This document shows, one piece after another, positions 1 to 8,857 of a DNA stretch of 23,939 nucleotides. Every line of letters starts with the position of its first letter. Within the stretch, counting starts at the first letter, position 1. The translations under genes were made by a program, and so were the position numbers. Source of the stretch: Terrimicrobiaceae bacterium (GTDB lineage: Bacteria; Verrucomicrobiota; Verrucomicrobiia; Chthoniobacterales; Terrimicrobiaceae); NCBI GenBank assembly GCA_041752695.1, contig JBGSVZ010000061.1, forward strand, positions 1 through 23,939. The letters run 5' to 3'. The notes under the pieces are model-generated. The model had not been told where the DNA came from. It did not search any database and saw nothing but the letters and a program-made list of their open reading frames with translations.

Positions 1-52
1 GCGCCACTCGGGCTTTGAACTCCGGCTCGTGTCTTCTGCGTTTTCCTTTCAT
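1..52 (-). CDS. IS3-family transposase OrfA, N-terminal 17 codons only (partial)
   Basis: ATG at 52 translates MKGKRRRHEPEFKARVA, matching the 'RR.H..EFKA.VA' start of IS3-family OrfA HTH proteins. Too short for the ORF track; translated by hand. Confidence 0.85.
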   Translation of the reverse strand, partial: MKGKRRRHEPEFKARVA

Positions 53-135
53 CGGCTTTTTCCTTGTATCCCTCCCTCCCGATTCCCGCAAAATCTATAG
101 CTTAACCACTGGTCCGATTTTTGGGGTCCACCTCA
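1..135 (-). mobile_element. Left end (IRL side) of an IS3-family insertion sequence, running off the window edge
   Basis: Minus strand from 135 reads TGAGGTGGACCCCAAAAATCGGACCA (5'-TG terminus typical of IS3). Its first 14 nt are identical to 23827-23840 on the plus strand. A purine-rich RBS and a transposase-like ORF start follow. Confidence 0.85.
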
Positions 136-1806
136 CTTCGGTCTTTCCAGCTCCAATCCCTCGGTGAAAACCTCATTGATTCCAAGGCTCTGATAAGAAG
201 CAGGGCGGTCCTTCGGGTCGAAATCGATCTTGAAAACCAATACCTGTAGAGCATTGAAAGGAATCCGATGCTGAAAGACTGGCAAATTTTTCGACAGAGT
301 CCCGAAAGCGATACCCGCAGCTTGGTCGTCCATGCTGATCAGTGACTCGCCCACGCCCGCACCGGAATATTTGATACAAGAGGATTCTGCGGTGGCCTTG
401 CCCGAATCAGCCCGGGCGCTTTCCGGGGAATTGTAGAGTCGGATCGCGGAGCCGCCCGCTCGACCAGTCCAATAACGCACACCGGATTTCAACGGAGGCG
501 GCAGACTTGCGCGCGGAGGGGTCCAGAAGATTACCGGAACCAGTTCCGCCAGAATCGGGCCACGGAGCTCCCCATTTCCAGGTCCTGACGTCACGAAGGC
601 CGTGCTGTTTTTCACCACGCCGTTTTTGATCGGCTCCACCAGTCGCGCTGACAGCGTGTTCCCCCCGCTGTCCGGAGCGAGCACCTCTGCGAAGAAACTC
701 CAGCGCCGCGAATCCGCGACACGTTCGGGAGCCCAAAAAAGAAACGACCCACTCCCATTATCCGTGAATGCGATGGGGTTCGTCCGTTTCCGGGCATCGT
801 CGCGGGTGGCATGCAGGGCGATGTTCTTTCCGTCGATCTTGCTGGCAAAGTAGCCCGTCCCCTCTTTCAGCGGTGAGGGAAGTCGTCCGTCGCCATAAGT
901 TTTCACCTGAATAAGATCACCATCCGCAAAGCGATTGGCCGCCCGGGCATCAGTTGCGTGAAAAATCTGGCCTTTCTCCATCTGAATATCCTTGGGATCG
1001 GCCATGAACTTGAGGACCTGCCGCTCCTGATACGAACGGACGCGAACCACAAAAATCTGATACACGACCCGCTTGCCGCCCACGTGCTGACGGGCCTCCG
1101 CGCGTTTCTCGGAAGGGCCTTGAAAAAAGGTCGGTCCATAGGCGCTATAACTGCCAATCCAGTTCTCTCGGACCAGCGCCCCGGCTGTCCGCGCGAAAGT
1201 CCGCCCCTCCGCATCCTTGTCCACTTCCAACATCATGTGACGGTTTTTGAGACTTCGCGCGAACGCGTCAAATCCCGTGCCGGAAAGATCGGCGAACTGA
1301 AATAGCTGAGGTTTGGAGAAAAGCGTGTGCTGGCCGGTTCCGCCATCGCGAAACACCACACTGCCCACGCCCTGCACGACATTCTGCGCTGGAAAAACCC
1401 GCTCGCCAGGGACACCGCCCGGTTGAATCGCGGCATCCGCGTCCATCGCGGCGGGAAAAACGCGATAGCCGCCTTCTGCAGCAGGAACGATGTAATACGG
1501 CTTGTCCGGCAAAAGGGGGGCCGGCAACTTTCCGGTCGAGGAAAAATAAACCGGCGCGCCATACCCAAGTCCCTTAGGGTAGGTCGGCGAATCGAAACCC
1601 AGATCCGCAAGGTTCAAACGGTCGGTTCCAACTTCGATCGCGGAGCCCGTAAAGCTTTCCTCGAGTCCGGGCAGGATTCCATTTTTTTCGCTATCCGTAG
1701 CATAGTGGACGTAGACGGAAGGCAGGTCGGGAAACGTTTCCGCCCGAAGAAGAGAAGACCCGGCAGCAAGGGTCGAGATGCAAAATATTTTGAGAAGATC
1801 AGTCAT
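133..1806 (-). CDS. Secreted hypothetical protein with three LPxPL...Y repeats; 3' end probably truncated by the IS
   Basis: ORF 133..1872. Likely start is the ATG at 1806 (MTDLLKIFCISTLAAGSSLLRA-E, signal-peptide-like). The stop TGA (135-133) is the first three bases of the IS terminal repeat. Confidence 0.75.
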   Translation of the reverse strand: MTDLLKIFCISTLAAGSSLLRAETFPDLPSVYVHYATDSEKNGILPGLEESFTGSAIEVGTDRLNLADLGFDSPTYPKGLGYGAPVYFSSTGKLPAPLLPDKPYYIVPAAEGGYRVFPAAMDADAAIQPGGVPGERVFPAQNVVQGVGSVVFRDGGTGQHTLFSKPQLFQFADLSGTGFDAFARSLKNRHMMLEVDKDAEGRTFARTAGALVRENWIGSYSAYGPTFFQGPSEKRAEARQHVGGKRVVYQIFVVRVRSYQERQVLKFMADPKDIQMEKGQIFHATDARAANRFADGDLIQVKTYGDGRLPSPLKEGTGYFASKIDGKNIALHATRDDARKRTNPIAFTDNGSGSFLFWAPERVADSRRWSFFAEVLAPDSGGNTLSARLVEPIKNGVVKNSTAFVTSGPGNGELRGPILAELVPVIFWTPPRASLPPPLKSGVRYWTGRAGGSAIRLYNSPESARADSGKATAESSCIKYSGAGVGESLISMDDQAAGIAFGTLSKNLPVFQHRIPFNALQVLVFKIDFDPKDRPASYQSLGINEVFTEGLELERPK

Positions 1807-1884
1807 TCGGGGAATACGTTGGGGGCGAAGTTTCAATAAACCATTAGTCCGGCGGCTGCTCCCTGGGCACACCGCCCCAACATA

Positions 1885-3102
1885 TTACATTTCCAACCAC
1901 GTTTTCCCTCCCTTCGCGTCCCTTGAATTCGAAGGCAGAGCAATTTCATAGACTTGGCAATGCCCGCTCCGATTCGACGTAAACACCACGCCTCCCCCAT
2001 CCGGTCGGGCCAGCGGATGAGCATGGGCATCCTGATCGTCATAGCTCGTGTCATGTCGGCAAAGGTCCTCCAGGTGCCACTCTGAATTCGGGATACGCGG
2101 CTCCAGCAGGGAAATCATCCCATCAACCCGATCCACCACCATCCCGCCTCCATCCGGCAGACTGGTGGCATGATGGCACTCCACCCCGTCGAGGGGGATT
2201 TCGTGCAGCAAGGTTCCCTCCCAGGTGCGGGCGGCGACAAAGGCCCGGCCCATGCGCTGGCCGTGATAGACAATGCTTTTGCCATCCGGAGCCCAGTTTT
2301 CATGGGAACGCCACTCCCCACCCTCTTCCCGCGCAAGAGGACGGCAGGAACCGCCCGGCTCAAGACACCAAATGCGGTCGGGCAACGGAATGCCTTTCAA
2401 ATGCCCTTCCAGATTGAACAACAACCGACCGGTTCCGCCCGGATCAAATTGCACATGGGTCACCCAGAAGGGCATCTCAGCCGCGGTCCGCGTGGTGCCG
2501 GTTTCCGCGTCGATGAAATAGAGGCGGGTCTGCAGTCCCCTCTCCCTCATCCGCGTCGGGACGTGGTTGAGCTGTTCCCACTGGGTCGCCTCGTTGCCGA
2601 AAGCCCTGGGGTCCGTGCAGGGAACACAGAACGTTTTCCCGTCGGGCGAAATGTGGGTGTAAGCCCCCCACCAACCCGATGGCAGCCTGCAGAGACGCTT
2701 CTCCTCCGGATCAGGATCGTCGAGATCAACGCGGAAAACCTGATCGTCACGAATGAAAAAGAGCCGGTTCCGAATGGGGTCCAGACTCGGGGAGGCTTTG
2801 CTTAACCCGCGGATTCCTCCTCCGGGATAAACATAGCTTCGCAGCAGACCGTCCCGATTCTTGCTCAGGCGGCGGATGCCGCCGTCACCGCGGTCAATCG
2901 CGTAAATGTTCGGATGCCCATCCCGTTCCGACAAGAAGACCAGCCAGCGATTGTCCGCCGTTACGCTGTGGCTGGTGAAATAGAGGTGATGGTTTTTGCA
3001 CGCGGCCAGGGTCCACTGAATGACCTCAACCCCGGTCTTCGCGTCAAGATACGTCAGGCGCTCGGAGGGCAGAATATCATTCATCGCGGGATCCGAAGTC
3101 AT
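1885..3102 (-). CDS. Oligogalacturonate lyase family (PL22-like) / TolB-like beta-propeller protein
   Basis: Motifs 'D.KTGVEVIQ', 'HHLYFT', 'THVQF.P', 'SHENW.PDG', 'DQDAHAHP...PDG..VVFTSNR.G..QVY' match Ogl-family propellers, including the QxxHxH metal-ligand motif. ATGA overlap with the upstream gene. Confidence 0.75.
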   Translation of the reverse strand: MTSDPAMNDILPSERLTYLDAKTGVEVIQWTLAACKNHHLYFTSHSVTADNRWLVFLSERDGHPNIYAIDRGDGGIRRLSKNRDGLLRSYVYPGGGIRGLSKASPSLDPIRNRLFFIRDDQVFRVDLDDPDPEEKRLCRLPSGWWGAYTHISPDGKTFCVPCTDPRAFGNEATQWEQLNHVPTRMRERGLQTRLYFIDAETGTTRTAAEMPFWVTHVQFDPGGTGRLLFNLEGHLKGIPLPDRIWCLEPGGSCRPLAREEGGEWRSHENWAPDGKSIVYHGQRMGRAFVAARTWEGTLLHEIPLDGVECHHATSLPDGGGMVVDRVDGMISLLEPRIPNSEWHLEDLCRHDTSYDDQDAHAHPLARPDGGGVVFTSNRSGHCQVYEIALPSNSRDAKGGKTWLEM

Positions 3103-4559
3103 CGGCCCGCGGCACTCTCGAGCGGTTCGCTGTCGGTGCGAAACGGCGTGGCGGGAAAACCGGCTCCATTGACCAGATCCGCCGAAACAGGGTTGATCGC
3201 CCAGGCATAACGGACGGCCACCGGCTCCTTCACCTCCGGGCTTTGAACAACCACGCTGTCGCCGTCGATCACCGCGTCACCCCACACCCACCGGCCATCG
3301 GCACCGGCGATGGCAAACCCTTTCAGAGCCCCCCCACCCTGTGCAGCCAGGCCGCCATCAGCATGGGAGAATTTCACCACCACCCGGCCATTCTCCACTT
3401 TGCTTTCCGCAGGAAGAGGGCCTGAGGCGACCATGTCCTTTTTTCCATAGACGGTCGCAAGAGCCCAATGGGCCAGACGTCTTCCCGCCTCCTGCTTGTT
3501 GAGCGGATGGTTGGATTTTTCCTCACCGGTTCCCAGCGTGACAGCCATTCCAGTATTAGGGAGTTCCAGGGACTTCAAAACGCCTTCCCTCACGAGCACG
3601 CGCCCATGCGTTTGCATCGGCTCCGTCTGCGGCGGGCCGAATTCCGGAAGTTGAATGGAAATGAAGGCAAAGTCATACCCCCAGCGTGACCGCCAATCGT
3701 TGATCATCGTCTTCAACTGGCTGCCATAGAGGTTCGCGTTCTTCGTGTACGAATTGGCCTCGCCCTGATACCAAATCACGCCCTGAATCGCAAAAGGGAC
3801 CAGGGGAAGGATGCGATCTTCAAAAAGGTATCCGGGCGCTTTTTTCTGAGCGGCGACCGCCTGTTTTCCCTCCACTTCCAGAGCCTGCTGGCGGTCGCTC
3901 TCCGCCTGCTTGGAATCCTCTCCCGGGCCTGCTTGCGCCGGCTCTCCGACGAAGAGCGGGGCCAGCTCGGGAGCCGCCTTCTGCGCTTCCAGGCTGGTCC
4001 ACAGCTCTATTGGCGTGCCACCGGAGGAAACATTAAGCAACCCGACCGGGGATCCGGTTTTCTGATGAATTTCCCGGCCGAAATAATATGCCGCGGCCGA
4101 AAAAGCCCCTGCCGTCTGGGGCGAGCACACGATCCATTTTTTGTTCGGCTGAAACATGCGGACCTTCGGCCAATCGGCGACTGCAGCCTCAGCCACCGCA
4201 TCCTTGGCCTTCGAAACCGGCAACGCCATGTTGGATTGTCCGGAACACAACCAAACCTCCCCGGCCAGAGCGTCGCTAATTGTGAAATCCGTGCCGTCAC
4301 TGCCTGCGACCGCGGTCTTGATCTGCACGCCGGTGCGCACTTCCACTTTTTCTCCGGGCGAGGCCTTACCCCACACCGGGACCCGACGCCCCGCCTGCAA
4401 AACCATGTGGTCCGAGAAGATTGGCGGCAGCTGAACGGCGGCCGGGGAGGACACGCATCCCAACCCGAAAAAAAGAAAAACCACCGGCAATACCGGCATT
4501 CGGGAAGGGAAGAAACATGAACAAGGTTCCATTGAATAATATCCCCCCCTTGGGGTCAC
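3099..4559 (-). CDS. Sialate O-acetylesterase (SASA, SGNH hydrolase) family protein
   Basis: 'IFSDHMVLQ', 'GEVWLCSGQSNM', 'GGTPIELW', 'GVIWYQGEAN', 'HPLNKQEAGRRLA', 'PVAVRYAW', 'FRTD'. Start is the GTG at 4559 (overlapping the upstream TGA) or the ATG at 4499. Confidence 0.9.
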   Translation of the reverse strand: MTPRGGYYSMEPCSCFFPSRMPVLPVVFLFFGLGCVSSPAAVQLPPIFSDHMVLQAGRRVPVWGKASPGEKVEVRTGVQIKTAVAGSDGTDFTISDALAGEVWLCSGQSNMALPVSKAKDAVAEAAVADWPKVRMFQPNKKWIVCSPQTAGAFSAAAYYFGREIHQKTGSPVGLLNVSSGGTPIELWTSLEAQKAAPELAPLFVGEPAQAGPGEDSKQAESDRQQALEVEGKQAVAAQKKAPGYLFEDRILPLVPFAIQGVIWYQGEANSYTKNANLYGSQLKTMINDWRSRWGYDFAFISIQLPEFGPPQTEPMQTHGRVLVREGVLKSLELPNTGMAVTLGTGEEKSNHPLNKQEAGRRLAHWALATVYGKKDMVASGPLPAESKVENGRVVVKFSHADGGLAAQGGGALKGFAIAGADGRWVWGDAVIDGDSVVVQSPEVKEPVAVRYAWAINPVSADLVNGAGFPATPFRTDSEPLESAAGR

Positions 4560-7500
4560 TCCAGACGAAAGGCGTTCAGTTCCATCGGACCGGATTCCAG
4601 AACAAACTCCAAATTACTCCCGGAGTCCGTCGTCCTCACGAATTCATTCGTGACCAGATTCTTCAGCTTTGCCCCCGCCTTGCCGGGAATCGCAATGGTC
4701 AGTTTCTTTCCTTCATACCCTTTGAAGGCGACCCCGAGATAGGTTCCCTTATCCGATGGATACAGGCGCACCTTCAAATCCGGATCTCCCTGGTCCAGGA
4801 CCGTTCCTTCAATCGCCGGAAGGGCAAGGAACGCCTGGGCAAAGCGGCGGTGGGCATCCGCATATCCCCGGCCATAGGTGTAGACCGTGTAATTCAACGT
4901 GCGGGCGTCCCCGTGAAAATAGCCCAACAGCTCCAGCGCCATGCTGAAGGCCGGTCCACCCGGAGTGATCATATTGCCCTCGTATTTCGGGTTGATGGTT
5001 CGGGCATTGACTTCGTCGTAGGAGACGACGTTGCTCACCGCCAAGCCGTCCTTCGTCTGAAAATAATTCAAATACTCCGGCTTGTCGGCATAACAAAGGT
5101 AATTGGCCGGGGCAAAGATCTGAATGCCTGCGGTATCCCGGTAGAGCTCCGGACGAATCCCATAATCCGCCCGATTAATTCCCTTACTCGGCTCGCCGAA
5201 ATTGCCTGTTCTCACTGTCTCGATATAATCTGCGGCGGTGAGTTTTTTTCGCTCAGCCCGCTCCGCCTCGTAGGCGGCCCGCCCGCCTTCGGGAGCCGGT
5301 TTCATCACCTTGGCCTTGAAAGCCCACATCGTGGTGTCGGGCAGGATGAGACCGAATTTGTCACCGTCCCAGTTATAATAATATAGCTCCATGCCGGGGC
5401 GGTAGCTTTGCAGAAGGGCGGAAAGTTTTTTATGGAAATCGGCGCGCTTCTGATGCCACCAGTCATCGTATTTGGCCCGGCCCTCGCCAGTCGCCCAGGC
5501 GACCTTCTGGGCCAGTCCGCCGGCAGGCAGCGGAGTGTGGGTTTCTTTGGAGAACAGCTCCAGATCGGTCTCGCCGTAGCTGATGGGCAGACGATCGCAA
5601 CGGATGCGCCACAGCACGCCCGTTAATTGCGGATTATCCTTCACATAAGGTTTGATGAAATGGTCCATCAATTTTTTAAGGTCGTCCCAGGTTGCCGGGT
5701 GCAGCAAATTACTGGACCATTGGGAAAACCGATTGGGCTTGGCCAGCTTGCCATCCACACCAATCGCCTTGGCTGCCTCCGGCAGGTCCTGCGAACCACC
5801 CCATTCGAAGCGGGGAATATAGTCGAGACCCCACTTTTTCGTTGCTTCGAAAAAAAGCTGGTGCTGGGTTTTCCGTCCCGGAATGGGAGAGGAAGCAGGC
5901 AGCCCATCGGCGGGATCATACCGTCTCGTGACCCAATAATTCTGCTCATCAACAAGGACCGAATTATAGCCATCGAGCGGTTCGCTAAAATTCATGAAAT
6001 GCCATTTGATGATGACAGGCGAAACGGCGGTGTAGCCCATCAGCTTGGCATATTTCACGATGTCCTCGGGATTGCCATCCGGTTGACGCTCCCAGTCCAG
6101 GGCGAGAACACGACTCGGGAGGCCCTCCGGCCGCTGGATCACCGGGGCGTCCTTTTCTGGATTGATTTCGTAAAGCTTCATCTTTCCAACAGCGGGGCCC
6201 GCCTCCCACATGGTGTAAAATCCGCCGTCTTCCCGTTTGTTCATGAAATACACCCAGAACCCATGCTCCGCCGAGGCCGTGCCGGTACCTCCGGTACCGA
6301 CGGTTTCATCGTCAAGCGGAACGACGACATCGTACGAGCTCCATTTTTTGGCGATCGGCCAGTTTTCGTATACGTCGTCCGGCGCAACGCCGCTCTTCCA
6401 CCCCACATCCATGAAATTCTGTCCGACTTGAATTTCTATCGGCGCGAACCGCGGTTTGTCTTCCGGATATTCCATGCGCAGCAGATAGGTGGACCGGGGG
6501 TTGAGCTTCCCGCGTCCGATGCGATAGGCAAACCAACCGTATTCGCTTTCCTTCGCTTTTCGGCCAAGGATATCCGTCACCTTCACGTCCACATCTGATC
6601 CGGCGGGCATGCGTTCCTGTTCTTTCTCGTAACCGCTCTGCATATACGGATGCGGATCCTCGAAAACAGGAGTGGAAAGATCGATTTCATCGATCAACTT
6701 CAGTTTCCCATAAGGAGTATCTTCGAATTTTTCCTCGAGGGCGGGAAGCGTCAGCCCGTCCCGTTTGGCGAAGGAGGGGCGGTCGAACGCACGGGTTCCG
6801 GCGTAAAGAACAGTTCCCGCCGCATCCTCAAGGACCAACTGGGCCCAAAAACGCCCGCGAAGGTAAACCGTCCGCGACGTCTCCGCATCCACCGGGACAA
6901 CCGCCTGGGCGGGGCCTTCCGTGGCGGGCGTAAGAGGAACCGCTCCGGAAGTGATGGCCGCACCGGTGGAGTCCACCAACCGATAGTTCATCCGCACGCC
7001 TGCCGACTGGGCCAGTTCTGCGGGGAAAGGAAACACGACTTCAAAAGCCCGTCCCTGCTGCATGTTCGAGAAATCAAACAAGTCGGCTGCGACGGCTTCT
7101 CCGCCCGGTTCCCGCAACTTGACCAGATAGGGATCGAGTTCCGCGACCAGCGGACCCTTGACCAGACCGCTCTTGTTTCCAATAAAGGTTATATTGCCGC
7201 CCCAGATGCGCAGAGCGATGCTGTTGTTTTCGCCGTAGCGGATAAATCTTGAGGGGACAATATAAGTGCGCGTATTCCAGTTATTGTATTTGTATTCGCC
7301 GCTGAATCCGCCAATCCGTTCGCCGTTGAACCAGATGTCGTCGTCCGACTTGATTTCGCACAGGGTGATCTTGAGAGGGACGCCCTGAAACTCCTTGGGC
7401 ACAAAGATCTGCTGGCGATACCAGCCATAGCCATGGTGCTCGACTCCCTGCGCCTGCCAGTCCAGGCCGGATTTGAGCACCTTCCAGCCTGAGTCGTCAA

Positions 7501-8215
7501 AGGAGGACTCGAACCACTTTTCCTGAAGTCCCTTTTCGCCGGGATCCGCGGCAAACTTCCAATCGCCATCGATTTTGATCTTAAGCTGATGGGACGCCCA
7601 GGCCGCGTCGGAGAACGGTGCGTTTGTGATGCGAATGTCCTTAATCCGGACCTCCGTGCTTTTTTCCGCGGAGATGACCCGGAACCCCAGCCCGGAAACT
7701 TTGTCAAAGGATTTGAGATTAAAGTCCGCGATGGGCAAAACAACCTGTTCCCAAGCATCAGGCTTCACGCCAAACTTAGTCGAGAAGGACCCAGCCGATT
7801 TGCCTCTTTGTAACAAATGGAAGGACATTTGCGCCGGCTTGTTGCTCTGACAGAGAAAGGTGACGAAGGAGGCCTTGTTACGGGCCCAGAGAGTTCCGTT
7901 CGCGGGACCGTCTCCCGGGAGCGGCAGCCGGAGCGTGGTTTTTTCGGGCTCCAAAAATTCTGTATTGATGCGCAGCACATCCTGATCCCCTGCCCGCTCA
8001 AACGAAAAAACCTTTCCCTCCGTGTCCGGCCGGGGGTTTTCCAGACTCCAGAGCGGAGCCAGCTCCGTACCGAGAAAATTCGCTTCGGACTTAGCCACCG
8101 CGACGGCTTTGACCGCCTTGGGGGAAGCAGAAACCCCTTCGCCGAACGGCGTCAGGGTTTGGGCCAATGCTCCGGTGCAAAGGGTGAGTGACAAGAGGAA
8201 AGAAAATGCCTTCAT
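4556..8215 (-). CDS. Large secreted multi-domain glycoside hydrolase-like protein (CBM-like domain, GH2-type sugar-binding domain, unassigned C-terminal catalytic-like region)
   Basis: 1219 aa with signal peptide MKAFSFLLSLTLCTGALA. 'GDWKFAADP...FDDSGW...GYGWYRQ...DDIWFNGERIG...GENNSIALRI' is the GH2/beta-galactosidase N-terminal jelly-roll signature. Family of the C-terminal half not recognised. Confidence 0.7.
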   Translation of the reverse strand: MKAFSFLLSLTLCTGALAQTLTPFGEGVSASPKAVKAVAVAKSEANFLGTELAPLWSLENPRPDTEGKVFSFERAGDQDVLRINTEFLEPEKTTLRLPLPGDGPANGTLWARNKASFVTFLCQSNKPAQMSFHLLQRGKSAGSFSTKFGVKPDAWEQVVLPIADFNLKSFDKVSGLGFRVISAEKSTEVRIKDIRITNAPFSDAAWASHQLKIKIDGDWKFAADPGEKGLQEKWFESSFDDSGWKVLKSGLDWQAQGVEHHGYGWYRQQIFVPKEFQGVPLKITLCEIKSDDDIWFNGERIGGFSGEYKYNNWNTRTYIVPSRFIRYGENNSIALRIWGGNITFIGNKSGLVKGPLVAELDPYLVKLREPGGEAVAADLFDFSNMQQGRAFEVVFPFPAELAQSAGVRMNYRLVDSTGAAITSGAVPLTPATEGPAQAVVPVDAETSRTVYLRGRFWAQLVLEDAAGTVLYAGTRAFDRPSFAKRDGLTLPALEEKFEDTPYGKLKLIDEIDLSTPVFEDPHPYMQSGYEKEQERMPAGSDVDVKVTDILGRKAKESEYGWFAYRIGRGKLNPRSTYLLRMEYPEDKPRFAPIEIQVGQNFMDVGWKSGVAPDDVYENWPIAKKWSSYDVVVPLDDETVGTGGTGTASAEHGFWVYFMNKREDGGFYTMWEAGPAVGKMKLYEINPEKDAPVIQRPEGLPSRVLALDWERQPDGNPEDIVKYAKLMGYTAVSPVIIKWHFMNFSEPLDGYNSVLVDEQNYWVTRRYDPADGLPASSPIPGRKTQHQLFFEATKKWGLDYIPRFEWGGSQDLPEAAKAIGVDGKLAKPNRFSQWSSNLLHPATWDDLKKLMDHFIKPYVKDNPQLTGVLWRIRCDRLPISYGETDLELFSKETHTPLPAGGLAQKVAWATGEGRAKYDDWWHQKRADFHKKLSALLQSYRPGMELYYYNWDGDKFGLILPDTTMWAFKAKVMKPAPEGGRAAYEAERAERKKLTAADYIETVRTGNFGEPSKGINRADYGIRPELYRDTAGIQIFAPANYLCYADKPEYLNYFQTKDGLAVSNVVSYDEVNARTINPKYEGNMITPGGPAFSMALELLGYFHGDARTLNYTVYTYGRGYADAHRRFAQAFLALPAIEGTVLDQGDPDLKVRLYPSDKGTYLGVAFKGYEGKKLTIAIPGKAGAKLKNLVTNEFVRTTDSGSNLEFVLESGPMELNAFRLE

Positions 8216-8238
8216 GAAAATATCTGCGTTTTGGTCGC

Positions 8239-8790
8239 TTATTCGACGGTTCTAATCTTCGAAACCGCGGCCTCGCCGGGATCCAGGGCGGTGCCCCCCT
8301 TGCCGATGCCAATCCAGAATTTTCTGATGGGATAATGAATGACGCCATCGGCTGAGCCGCCGAAGCTTTTCGGCGGAGTGGCCTTCAGGTCGAGGGACAG
8401 GGTCTGCCACTGGCCCGGGTTTTCGTAGAGCACATTGTATTGATGGGTTTGTTTTTCCGCATCCTCGAGCCGCACAACAATTTTGAGGTTCCGGTGCGCA
8501 CGCACGTCAAAATCCAAGCTGGACGCTCCCGCTGCAATTTCAACGCGGGTCCCTGCAATCACATATGCTCCCCCGCCAGTGAAATCGTAATTCACAACCA
8601 AGGCGTCGCGTCCATCCACCGTCTCAAATCGCCGGTCTCCTTTGGCTCCGGGAAACTCGTATCCGGGATTCCATGCCCACTTGGGGCCACCCAGAATGTC
8701 GAGCGGGGTTTCGGCGGCAGGCAATTGTGGCAAAACGGCGGCAAGGAACCCAACCCATATCAGCTTCGGGCAAATGCAGCGGCGGATCAT
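8239..8790 (-). CDS. Small secreted carbohydrate-binding (CBM11/CIA30-like) domain protein
   Basis: ORF 8239..8886; the ATG at 8790 (or 8826) gives a signal peptide. 'G.EFPGAKG', 'YDFTGGGAYV', 'VRLEDAEKQTHQY', 'WQTLSLDL', 'GGSADGVIHYPI' resemble beta-sandwich CBM modules. Start uncertain. Confidence 0.6.
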   Translation of the reverse strand: MIRRCICPKLIWVGFLAAVLPQLPAAETPLDILGGPKWAWNPGYEFPGAKGDRRFETVDGRDALVVNYDFTGGGAYVIAGTRVEIAAGASSLDFDVRAHRNLKIVVRLEDAEKQTHQYNVLYENPGQWQTLSLDLKATPPKSFGGSADGVIHYPIRKFWIGIGKGGTALDPGEAAVSKIRTVE

Positions 8791-8857
8791 TTGAAGTGTT
8801 CTCAAAGGACGGAAAAGTCGGTTCATGGGGGATGAAAACCTTGGGCGGCAATTGGCG

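Noticed and set aside
4421..7252. Long plus-strand ORFs (321, 323 and 200 aa) opposite the 1219-aa gene
   Set aside because: Antisense shadow frames with no protein-like motifs.
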